Origin: Candidatus Cloacimonadota bacterium
Lineage (GTDB): Bacteria > Cloacimonadota > Cloacimonadia > G963667145
Direction of reading: 5' to 3'
Length of the DNA stretch: 64,000 nt
Assembly: GCA_963676615.1 (NCBI GenBank)
Contig: OY781092.1
Span: 1,280,001 to 1,344,000, forward strand
Shown here one piece after another: positions 20,698 to 29,484 of this stretch. Made by a program: the position numbers and the translations under genes. Position 1 is the stretch's first letter, and the number at the start of each line of letters is the position of its first letter. Under the pieces are notes generated by a model. That model was not told the DNA's origin. It did no database searches and was given only the letters and a program-made list of their open reading frames with translations.

Positions 20698-21327
20698 TCA
20701 ATCTCGTTGACTCTGGGCAATCTCTTTTCCAAGCAAAAACCCCACTTGCTCAAACCGAAAACCGCGCCGATGCAGCCACGCTAGGCACTTTTGCTTCATC
20801 TTCTTTCGAGGCAATCTGCAATATTTTCGCACCGCTTTTTGCACCGCCTGTTCCGCAACAAACGAATCGTCAGAATAAACTTCGCGCAAAACTCGCTCCC
20901 GCAAAGAATGCTCAATCCCTTGATACTCAAGGCGAACTCTCGCCAAATCTTTGGCAATATTTTTCAACTTCAGCCCCCTAGCAAACGAAAAAGCAAACCG
21001 CTCTTGACTAAGAAAATTCCACTCCTGCATCTGCTGGACCAAATCCTGCGCCAAATGCATATCAAAAGGCAGGCTCAGCAAATATCTATAAGCCTGCTTT
21101 TGGCTACGCTCCTTGTAGCTCAAATACCGAAAAAGCCTGTCCTTGGCAAAAGAAAAAGCCGCCTTCTGCAAAAGTTCCCGCTGCTCATCCGTAATCTGAC
21201 CCTGCTGCTTACAAACCGCAAACAAGCTCTCCTGCGGCAAAACGCCCAAAACTGCGCCGTCTATCTCCACAATCCACAAAGTTTTTCGCCCGGGCTTCAG
21301 AAAATAGTTAACTCTCGCCAAAATCAA
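20698..21327 (-). CDS. recX: Regulatory protein RecX
   Basis: Overlaps the recA stop; [22 protein letters not shown]. Confidence 0.85.
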   Translation of the reverse strand: MILARVNYFLKPGRKTLWIVEIDGAVLGVLPQESLFAVCKQQGQITDEQRELLQKAAFSFAKDRLFRYLSYKERSQKQAYRYLLSLPFDMHLAQDLVQQMQEWNFLSQERFAFSFARGLKLKNIAKDLARVRLEYQGIEHSLRERVLREVYSDDSFVAEQAVQKAVRKYCRLPRKKMKQKCLAWLHRRGFRFEQVGFLLGKEIAQSQRD

Positions 21328-22361
21328 TCGTCCGCATCGTTGCTTTCCGCTGGTTGCCGCTCCTGCAATCCCAGTGCGTCTTTCACCTCTTTTTCTAGCT
21401 TCGTCAAAAGCTGCGGATTGTCCGTAAAATAAGCTTTCGCCTTATCCAAGCCTTGTCCGAGTTTTACTTCTCCATACGAAAACCACGCGCCGCTACGCTC
21501 AACAATCCCATTCTGCACAGCCAAATCCAGCAAAATATCCCGATGCGAGATGCCTTGCCCATAAATTATCGGAAACTCCACCACCTTAAAAGGCGGCGCC
21601 AGCTTATTCTTGACGACCTTCACCCGCGTAATCGCCCCGTAAACATTGGTCAAATTGCTAGCATCTTTCAGCGCCTTGCCCTTTCGCACCTCCAGCCGCA
21701 CCGTCGAATAAAACTTCAGCGCAACTCCGCCCGTGGTCGTCTCGGGATTCATATACGGATTCATCATTCCGCCGATTTTCATCCGCACTTGGTTAATAAA
21801 AATCACCGCCGTTCGCGACTTGCTGATAACGCCCGTCAACTTCCGCAGCGCCTGACTCATCAGCCGTGCCTGCAAACCCACATGAGCATCGCCCATCTCG
21901 CCCTCTATCTCCGCTCTGGGAACAAGAGCCGCCACAGAATCCAAAATCACCAAATCCAGCGAATCGCTCCGCACCAAAGCTTCCATAATCTCCAGCGCCT
22001 GCTCGCCACTATCGGGCTGCGAGAGCAAAAGCTTGTCCACATCCACGCCAATTTTGGCAGCATACACCGCATCCAGAGCGTGCTCTGCATCGATAAAAGC
22101 CACAGTTCCGCCCAGCTTCTGCGCTTGTGCGGCAATATGCAGCGACAATGTCGTCTTGCCCGAGGCTTCCATCCCGTAAATCTCCGTCACCCGACCTTTG
22201 GGCACACCGCCAATCCCCAAAGCTGCATCCAAATTTATCGCACCAGTCGGAATATAGTCCACCTTATTCACCGCCACATCACTGCCCAGCCGCATCACCG
22301 TGCCCGCACCAAATCTCTTCTCCAACTGCGCCAAAGTCTCGTCAAGTCTGTCTTTGCCCAT
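21324..22361 (-). CDS. recA: Recombinase RecA
   Basis: [39 protein letters not shown]; start ATG 22361 after GGAGG. Confidence 0.98.
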   Translation of the reverse strand: MGKDRLDETLAQLEKRFGAGTVMRLGSDVAVNKVDYIPTGAINLDAALGIGGVPKGRVTEIYGMEASGKTTLSLHIAAQAQKLGGTVAFIDAEHALDAVYAAKIGVDVDKLLLSQPDSGEQALEIMEALVRSDSLDLVILDSVAALVPRAEIEGEMGDAHVGLQARLMSQALRKLTGVISKSRTAVIFINQVRMKIGGMMNPYMNPETTTGGVALKFYSTVRLEVRKGKALKDASNLTNVYGAITRVKVVKNKLAPPFKVVEFPIIYGQGISHRDILLDLAVQNGIVERSGAWFSYGEVKLGQGLDKAKAYFTDNPQLLTKLEKEVKDALGLQERQPAESNDADD

Positions 22362-22551
22362 ATTTACCTCCCGAAAAATTTCGTTTCGCAGACTCAACCT
22401 CAAGCCAAAAAAATGTCAAGCCACTTTTTTAATATCCGCAAAAAAAATACCTTCCGACACTCAAAACAACTACATTTTTTGACAAAATTTAATATCAAAA
22501 TTTTCGCAAAAAAATAAAATATTTTTTTGTTTACAAGTAGCTAACTCGCTG

Positions 22552-22576
22552 AGAATAGAATAGAATAGAATAGAAT
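22552..22576. repeat. Simple sequence repeat (AGAAT)x5
   Basis: Five perfect pentamers in the recA/lipoprotein divergent intergenic region. Confidence 0.9.
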
Positions 22577-22662
22577 GGCTTGGCAAAAGGCAAAAATTTC
22601 TCTTGACCGCCAACAATCTCCTCAATCCGTTTAGACAAATTTATTTCATTAAGGAGAAAAAA

Positions 22663-23097
22663 ATGAAAAAATTTTTAATTATCACAATTATGACATTATC
22701 GTTATTTGCATGCCTTCCATCTAGTTCAGATCCAGATGTTCCAGACATCCCAACAATTGACATCCCAACAATTGACATCCCAACATACACTCCACCTACC
22801 TATCCTACCCCAAAAATTGACTCTGCAAGCATTAAATACGAAGTTTTATGTGAAAATGTTTCAGGAATTGCAATCGCCTACTGTGATGAAAACGGCTCAA
22901 TCAAATCAGCTAGATCCTATTCATCGCCATGGACAAAAGACTTAGGGGCTGTGCTAAATTTCTACCCATTTGAAATAGCTATCGCTGCTCAAGATGCCGA
23001 GAGCGGAATTGTAACAGTAAAAATATTTAAAAATGACACCCTCTCTGCCAGCAAAACCTCAACTGCTGGGGGAAAAGTAGAAGTTTCTTTAGACTAG
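22663..23097 (+). CDS. Lipoprotein with Pro/Thr-rich linker and small beta-rich domain
   Basis: AAGGAG RBS, lipobox LFAC, DIPTI repeats, KYEV...IAY...SPWTK pattern reminiscent of MmpS-like domains. Confidence 0.7.
   Translation: MKKFLIITIMTLSLFACLPSSSDPDVPDIPTIDIPTIDIPTYTPPTYPTPKIDSASIKYEVLCENVSGIAIAYCDENGSIKSARSYSSPWTKDLGAVLNFYPFEIAIAAQDAESGIVTVKIFKNDTLSASKTSTAGGKVEVSLD
22744..22785 (+). repeat. In-frame 15-bp tandem repeat GACATCCCAACAATT (2.8 copies, DIPTI)
   Basis: Read directly from the sequence. Confidence 0.9.
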
Positions 23098-23672
23098 GAG
23101 AAAAAAAATGAAAAAAATAATTCTATTCGCTTTCTTAGGCTGTGTTTGCTGGCTCTCTGCCTTGGACAACATCTGCCTCAAAGATGGCAATGAAATTTCA
23201 GGCAAGGTAGTTGAGATCACAAGCTCGGAGATTAAATACCGTAAAGCCTCGAACCTTCAAGGACCTCTCTACAGCCAACCAAAATCTTCCGTTCTGTTCA
23301 TCAAATACGAAAACGGAGAAAAAGAGATTATCGCCCCGAGTGAAAATCAAACAACTGAAGCGACACCAAGCCAAACAAAGCACTCCGTTCTTGCTCCTGT
23401 CCATAATACGCAAAAAGAAGAAAAGCAAAAGAGTCGTAATTTCACAATCTTTTTGGCAGCTGGTTCTTCAACGGCAAGATATAACGACTATGACGAAATG
23501 GACGATTATGTTGATCCTGTTTCTAGTGTGAGCTTAGGCTTTAACTATTCAAAATACAAGCTATCATTTTTGGGGCTTAAAACAGGTTTATTCCTCACTA
23601 AAAGAGGGTATAAACTAAAAGGCCGAATTGAATCCTCAAGTGGGGACAAATATGCAGATTTCGACGGAAGCT

Positions 23673-24988
23673 GGCACCGTCCAAAAAAGTGTGTCTAATC
23701 TCCAATTTGGTTTCCATTTTCTTAACTTTCTGGGAACAAAATTTTGTCAAATTTAAATTGATAAATCGGATAATTCAGATATTTATCGACCTTGTCCATC
23801 GCGACCTTGCTCAGCAGCAGTAGCACAGACTCATCGCTGGGCATCGAGTTCCTGATTTTCAAAACTTTCCGAAACTGTTTATTCAAATTTTCGATCCAAT
23901 TTGTGGTGTAAATCAGCCGCTGAATTCTGTGGTCAAACTCCAAAAAAGTGAAATAATAAACGACATCGTCTCTGTTTAATAACTTCTTGGTAAATCGATA
24001 CTTATCTCCCCATTTTTTCGCAAAATTATCCAAATTTTTCAAAGCAATTTCTTTCGTATAGCGTTCTTGTCCGACGCAAAAAATTTCCTTCAAATCGTCG
24101 CTAATTTCGCTTTTATCACTATTCCTGACCTTAGCTAATAGACTTCTTTTAAAGTGAGTTACACACTTTTGAAATTTCGCATTTTTAAAAACTTTGCTCA
24201 CCACATTTTCCAGCCCAACAAGGCCGTCAGCCACGACCAATTTTGTCGTTTGCAAGCCTCGCGATTTTAGGCGATTAAACAAGAATTCCCAGCCAGCAGC
24301 GCTCTCGGTCGGGATATTTTCGAGCGCCAAAATGTCCCGACTTTTGTCCTCTCGGACGCCGATAACCACGCAAAACGCCTCAGTTTCAACACTGTCGAGC
24401 CGCCTCAATTTGGAATGTATGGCGTCAATCATAATAATCGGATAGTTTTTTTCTAGCGGCCTATTTCGCCAATTTGTCAACAATTCTTTGAATTCTTGGC
24501 TGATATTGCTGATGGTCGATTTTTTGTAATTCGTGCCAAAAACATTTGCGAAAACATTCTCTATGTCTCTGGTAGACAAGCCTTTAGCATACAGCTGAAA
24601 CGCCAATTCTCGTACTTCTTGCTCCTGCTTTTTCAAAATTTCCAAGATAAATGGATAAAATTGACCGAATCTGTCGCGCGGAATTTTGAATTGAATTTTG
24701 CCGCTGAGAGATGAAAAACACCTGCTGCGATAGCCGTTGCCTTTGTTGTTTGAGCTTTTGTTTTCCGCCATAAAAGCCTGTCTTTCCAGCTTCATAAGGC
24801 TGTTAAAAACGAACTCGATCAATTTATTCGCGCCATAATCATTGACATTTTCGTCTAAAATTTTTTGTAGTTGACTTGCGTTAAATCGCATAAGAATCTC
24901 CTTTTTTGTTCTTTTTTTTATAAAAATTGGAGATTCTTTTTTTGTGTCTAGTTTTTTTTGCTGCAGACACACTTTTTTGGACAGTGCC
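23673..24988 (-). mobile_element. Complete IS256-family insertion sequence, 1316 bp
   Basis: 24-bp TIRs GGCAC(C/T)GTCCAAAAAAGTGTGTCT at 23673-23696 and 24965-24988; 8-bp TSD CGGAAGCT at 23665-23672 and 24989-24996. Confidence 0.97.
23722..24891 (-). CDS. IS256-family (Mutator-like) DDE transposase, 389 aa
   Basis: NGYRSR, IPRDR, LYAKGLSTRDI, IDA, VADGL, QKCVTH, IYTTNWIE; start ATG 24891 after AAGGAG inside the element. Confidence 0.95.
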   Translation of the reverse strand: MRFNASQLQKILDENVNDYGANKLIEFVFNSLMKLERQAFMAENKSSNNKGNGYRSRCFSSLSGKIQFKIPRDRFGQFYPFILEILKKQEQEVRELAFQLYAKGLSTRDIENVFANVFGTNYKKSTISNISQEFKELLTNWRNRPLEKNYPIIMIDAIHSKLRRLDSVETEAFCVVIGVREDKSRDILALENIPTESAAGWEFLFNRLKSRGLQTTKLVVADGLVGLENVVSKVFKNAKFQKCVTHFKRSLLAKVRNSDKSEISDDLKEIFCVGQERYTKEIALKNLDNFAKKWGDKYRFTKKLLNRDDVVYYFTFLEFDHRIQRLIYTTNWIENLNKQFRKVLKIRNSMPSDESVLLLLSKVAMDKVDKYLNYPIYQFKFDKILFPES

Positions 24989-25382
24989 CGGAAGCTGTTC
25001 AATAACATATTTGGATATGCCAATCCTTTTAAGCTTCAAAAAAGATTTTAATTCAGCTCTTTCAAGAGTATACTTTGACATTGGTACTAGATTTAGCGCC
25101 TTGTTAGGTGACTCCTATGAAATATCTGTGACTAGCAATATGCCAGAACTCAACATTGAAGATGAAGGTTCTGATGAAGACCTAAATCCCGTCACAGCAG
25201 GAATAATTCTCGCCTTAGGAATGGAATTTAACAACAGATGGGTCATCGAACTAAAAGGAGATGTTGGTGTAACCAATTTATACAAAACAGTTGAAAGCGA
25301 AGACGATGACTCAAATATGAAAAGTACAACTTCCTTAATCGGAGTCGGCTTCAAATTTTAAAAACATCAAATTTCCCAAATC

Positions 25383-25416
25383 AAAGCGGCTACAAAAACT
25401 GTTGCCGCTTTTTTTT
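25383..25416 (+). terminator. Intrinsic terminator
   Basis: AAAGCGGC...GCCGC stem followed by T8. Confidence 0.8.
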
Positions 25417-25483
25417 ACGCCCAAAAAAACTTGACCGCAACTCCCAAAAAATTTCCGAAAGAGACAACCAACAAGAAGGTTTC

Positions 25484-26122
25484 GTGACCAAAAAAATCTT
25501 GCTCCTGGTCTTGATGTGCGCCAGCTTCTCTTGGCTTTTTTGCCGAGATCTGTCGGTTCTTGCCAGATACGGAGAATGCAACTTTAATGCAGAATATAAC
25601 GAATTGCAAACAACCTACTCCGAGCTATTCTCCGCAGGAATTTACAAAACTTTCCCCGTTTTCTCCTGCCTAGCCATCAAATCGGGCATCGCTCTCACCT
25701 ACACAAACTCAAGAATTGAACAAGTTTGGTCGCTAGCTCCATCAGAAGAAAAAATCTTAAAACTCTCGCTTCTCTACCTCGACTTTCCGCTCCTCTACAG
25801 CATCCACAAAAATTTTGGCACCCCAAAAAGCAACATCTACTTCGACATCGGCACACGCATCAGCGCCCTGCTCTACGACCGCTGGCAAACCAAAACAGCC
25901 TCCAAAAGCAGAACAATCGAGCGAAAAGGCACCTACGACAAAGATATAGCATCCTTCGAGGCTGGCTTAATCGTCGCCCTGGGAATAGAAATGCACGACC
26001 GCTACATCATCGAATACAAACTCGACTTCAACCTAACCGACATCTACGACGACGAAATAAACTTTTTCGGCGAAAATATCGATGTAATCACAGTCTCTAT
26101 CGCCCTCGGCTTCAAATTTTAG
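25484..26122 (+). CDS. Outer-membrane beta-barrel protein, paralog of the IS-split gene
   Basis: Shares YLD(F/M)P(L/I)L, YFDIGTR, AG(L/I)I(V/L)ALG(I/M)E and terminal GFKF with 24997-25361. Confidence 0.75.
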   Translation: MTKKILLLVLMCASFSWLFCRDLSVLARYGECNFNAEYNELQTTYSELFSAGIYKTFPVFSCLAIKSGIALTYTNSRIEQVWSLAPSEEKILKLSLLYLDFPLLYSIHKNFGTPKSNIYFDIGTRISALLYDRWQTKTASKSRTIERKGTYDKDIASFEAGLIVALGIEMHDRYIIEYKLDFNLTDIYDDEINFFGENIDVITVSIALGFKF

Positions 26123-27498
26123 CGCTTTCTGTTTCGTCCCCAAAGAATAAACCACACAATCAACCAAATAGTTATCGCTCCCACAGCCAGCAAAAACACC
26201 TTGAATCCACCGTTGGGAACAGTCAGAAGCAAAATCACGGCAGTTGTAGTGAATAAACCTCCGCCCATAAACGGCTCATGAAGCAGCTGTTTATACGCAA
26301 ACGCCTCTGGAGCGTCGGTCTGATTCTCTGGATCTACCGCGCGCAAAAGCAAAACACCCGTTGCCGTAACTCCCATAGACTGCCCCATTTCCGCGATAGA
26401 ACGCTCAAACCAGTAGTTTGGCAAAAGCCTTTTGGCGAGGAACATCACACAAAAAACATTCCACAAAATTCCGCCAGCGACAATTATCAGAAATGGAATA
26501 AAATTTGATTTGAGCGAAGAGATCGCAATCGTCGAAATCGCCGCGGTAACCAAAAAATCCAGCGCAGTTCCGCCAATGCGTTGCATCATTCCGTGATCCA
26601 AAAGATAACTCTTCTTTGCTTTATCAAACAGAAGCTGAACAATCAAACCGCTGATCATCGCCAATGGGAAAAGCGGGAAACTTCTCATAATCTCCATTTT
26701 TCCCATTCCAGGAACAAAAGGCTCAATGTAGGCGAGAGTTTGCTGAATGATCAAGCCAATCAAAATGGCGACACCGATAACCGCAATATGAAACGCCAAG
26801 CTATCGATTGAGTAGTTGGCAACCGTCTGATGCCCTGCAGGCGGCTGATTGCTCTCTACATAAAGCCCCGCGCGCTCAAATTCCGACATTTCGTCGATAG
26901 TTTTTACCGAAGTAACATACCCCTTTCGAACAGCCCAATTAACCAAAACCATACCCACGACCACAGCGGACACAATCCCAAATGTGGCGGATGCCAGCGC
27001 CAGATCGCCACCTTCTGGCCAACCTTCTTTCACAAAAGTAGCGCTTAACCCCGCGGCAGTGCCGTGACCACCTTCAAAACCGACGGGTATCAGCCCCCCA
27101 AAAGCGACAGGAATATCGAAAAAATTGCCCAACACAAAAAGAGCCAAACCAATGCCCACAGCATACTGACCAAAAGCGACAATCTGCCCATAAACAAGCT
27201 GAGGTCCAGCCTTGTGCCAAGCTGTCTTCACAGTCGGCACCTTTGCGCCCAAAAAAATTACTGCAAACACAATATTGATAAGGAAGCCAGGCATTTTCTT
27301 CCAGCCAGCGGTGTACATCGAGATGCTATCGCCAAACACCTGCGGCAAACTTAAAACCTGAATTAAAATCAACCCTAAAATTCCAGCCAAAACCGAGGCA
27401 GGAATGTAAAGATTTTGAAAAAGTCGAACTTTTACCCGCAACATTTTCCCCAACGCGAGCAGCAGGCATATCATACAAAATGGCAACACTATCGTCAT
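26119..27498 (-). CDS. gltS: Sodium/glutamate symporter (ESS family)
   Basis: IPASVLAG, GFEGGHGTAAG, ATFG, GQSMGVTATG; about 12 hydrophobic segments. Confidence 0.8.
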   Translation of the reverse strand: MTIVLPFCMICLLLALGKMLRVKVRLFQNLYIPASVLAGILGLILIQVLSLPQVFGDSISMYTAGWKKMPGFLINIVFAVIFLGAKVPTVKTAWHKAGPQLVYGQIVAFGQYAVGIGLALFVLGNFFDIPVAFGGLIPVGFEGGHGTAAGLSATFVKEGWPEGGDLALASATFGIVSAVVVGMVLVNWAVRKGYVTSVKTIDEMSEFERAGLYVESNQPPAGHQTVANYSIDSLAFHIAVIGVAILIGLIIQQTLAYIEPFVPGMGKMEIMRSFPLFPLAMISGLIVQLLFDKAKKSYLLDHGMMQRIGGTALDFLVTAAISTIAISSLKSNFIPFLIIVAGGILWNVFCVMFLAKRLLPNYWFERSIAEMGQSMGVTATGVLLLRAVDPENQTDAPEAFAYKQLLHEPFMGGGLFTTTAVILLLTVPNGGFKVFLLAVGAITIWLIVWFILWGRNRKR

Positions 27499-27817
27499 AA
27501 TTATTTCCTTTTATCTATTTTTTTAGTAATCTGTTTGGAAATAACGACCAGAATTGTAAGCACCAACCAACCCAGCGGCTCTCCCCCAACACAGCAACTA
27601 ATTTTCTACTTGGTCTCAAGTTCTATTTTCGTCGCCATCTGTCAACAAAAACCCAGTCGTCAACCGTGCAAAAACCTTGGGAAACACCATTTTTTTTGCA
27701 AAATAAAATTTGGCAGTAATTAACCAAGCGTCAACTATCCGTTCAAATTTCCTTGACATTTTCGCTCTCAATTTTTCTTCAAATTAACAAAATAAGTTTT
27801 TTTCTAGAAGGTGAAAT

Positions 27818-28222
27818 ATGCGTCATAAATCCCCAGACACTGGGCAAATCGATATCTTTCGTCCGTTTTTATTCGAAACGCTGGACAAGAGCCATCCGTT
27901 GTGCAAACTCGCTACAAAAATCGACTGGAGCGCCATCGACAAAGAGTTCGCCGCCTACTACTCCGACCTCGGTCGCGGCTCAAAGCCCATACGGCTACTA
28001 TCCTCGCTGCTTTTGCTAAAAAACATTTACGACATCTCCGACGAAACAGTCGTCAACCGCTGGAGCGAAAACCCGTTCTATCAATACTTTAGCGGAATGG
28101 AATATTTCGACTGGCACTTGCCCTGCGACTCCAGCGAACTCACCTATTTCCGCCGCAGAATAACCAAAGCAGGCGTCGAATTTTTGGACAACATCGACAT
28201 CAGCATCGCCAAACCTGAATGA
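27818..28222 (+). CDS. IS5-family transposase N-terminal domain only (134 aa, no DDE domain)
   Basis: HPLCKLATKIDW, GR.SKPIRL...LLLKNIYDISDE...W.ENPFYQYFSG...PCDSSELTYFRRRI; stop overlaps the rarA start (ATGA). Confidence 0.8.
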   Translation: MRHKSPDTGQIDIFRPFLFETLDKSHPLCKLATKIDWSAIDKEFAAYYSDLGRGSKPIRLLSSLLLLKNIYDISDETVVNRWSENPFYQYFSGMEYFDWHLPCDSSELTYFRRRITKAGVEFLDNIDISIAKPE

Positions 28223-29484
28223 TCCCACTAGCAGAGCTGCAACGACCGACAACGGCGCAAGATTTGGTCGGACAAACAAAATTGCTCAAAGAATCGCCCG
28301 TGCTCACAGATTTTATGAGCGGGCAATACTTGTCGTCGTTTTTGATGTGGGGACCGCCCGGCTGCGGCAAAACCACCATCGCCAAAATCGTTTTGCACAA
28401 TAGCGGACTGCCTTGGCAGCAATTTTCGGCGGTGCATTCCAGCATCACCAAAATCAAAAGCTTTATGGCACAAGCCGACCAGCTTTTTTCGCTAAACAAA
28501 CAAGCGACCATCGTCTTCATCGACGAAATCCACCGCTTCAACAAAGCCCAACAAGATGCCTTTTTGCCCTACATCGAATCGGGAGCGATTATCCTCATCG
28601 GCGCAACAACCGAAAATCCGTCTTTCGAGATAATCTCCGCGCTGCTCTCGCGCTGCCATCTTTTTGTATTGGAGAGCCTGAGCACGCAAGAAATCTTGCA
28701 AATAGTAGAGCGAGTGGATACCCAAAAAGTCAAAATCGAAAAAAGCGTGCTGCAATATATCGCCGAGATCTCGCAAGGCGACGCCCGTGTGGCTCTGCGG
28801 GATTTGGAGCTACTTTTGCAAAGCGGAAAGCAGCAAATCGACCTCGAGCAGTCGCAAACCATTTTGCAGGCGAAAGCCGCCAGCTACGACAAAAACGGCG
28901 AAGAACATTACAATCTGATTTCCGCCTTTCACAAAGCGATGCGAGGCAGCGACCCGCAAGCCTCTCTCTATTGGCTGGCTCGGATGTTGCAGGCAGGCGA
29001 AGACCCAAAATTTATCGCCCGCAGAATGATCAGAATCGCCAGCGAAGATGTCGGCCTTGCCGATCCACAAGCGATGAGCCAAGCGGTGGACGCCCAAAAA
29101 GCGCTGGATTGCGTCGGAATGCCAGAAGCGAGCGTAAGTCTTGCTCAAGCAACAATTTACATCGCCACGGCTCCAAAAAGCAACAAAATCGAAATTGCGT
29201 GGCTAAAAGCAGCCGAACAAGCCCAAAAAACGCAGCACCTAAAAGTGCCGCATCTCCTGCGCAACGCTCCAACAAAATTGATGCAAGAGCTTGGCTATAA
29301 ACGAGGTTACAAATATGCGCACGACTTCCCAAACGCCTACGCGTATCAAAAATATTTTCCCGATAGTATGAACGAAGCTGTCTATTACGCACCCACAGAT
29401 TTCGGCTTTGAATCTGAAATAAAAAAACGACTTCACTGGTGGAACACCCTGAAAAATAAAGAGTTAAAAAAAGGTAAAAAATGA
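28219..29484 (+). CDS. rarA: Replication-associated recombination protein A (MgsA)
   Basis: GPPGCGKTT, DEIHRFNKAQQD, GATTENPSF, SAFHKAMRGSDP, ASEDVGLAD. Confidence 0.95.
   Translation: MIPLAELQRPTTAQDLVGQTKLLKESPVLTDFMSGQYLSSFLMWGPPGCGKTTIAKIVLHNSGLPWQQFSAVHSSITKIKSFMAQADQLFSLNKQATIVFIDEIHRFNKAQQDAFLPYIESGAIILIGATTENPSFEIISALLSRCHLFVLESLSTQEILQIVERVDTQKVKIEKSVLQYIAEISQGDARVALRDLELLLQSGKQQIDLEQSQTILQAKAASYDKNGEEHYNLISAFHKAMRGSDPQASLYWLARMLQAGEDPKFIARRMIRIASEDVGLADPQAMSQAVDAQKALDCVGMPEASVSLAQATIYIATAPKSNKIEIAWLKAAEQAQKTQHLKVPHLLRNAPTKLMQELGYKRGYKYAHDFPNAYAYQKYFPDSMNEAVYYAPTDFGFESEIKKRLHWWNTLKNKELKKGKK

Larger units (their letters stand above)
23108..25361 (+). pseudogene. Outer-membrane beta-barrel (PorT/porin-like) gene split by IS256
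   Basis: Joining 23108-23672 to 24997-25361 restores a 309-aa ORF (...ADFDGSCSITYLDMP...GVGFKF) with signal peptide and terminal Phe. Confidence 0.9.

Noticed and set aside
24892..25023. N-terminal extension of the transposase to 25023
   Set aside because: Crosses the TIR into host DNA; ATG 24891 has an RBS inside the element
27560..27600. Glycine riboswitch (GGAGAG on the minus strand)
   Set aside because: The CCGAAG and CUCUCAGG elements are absent
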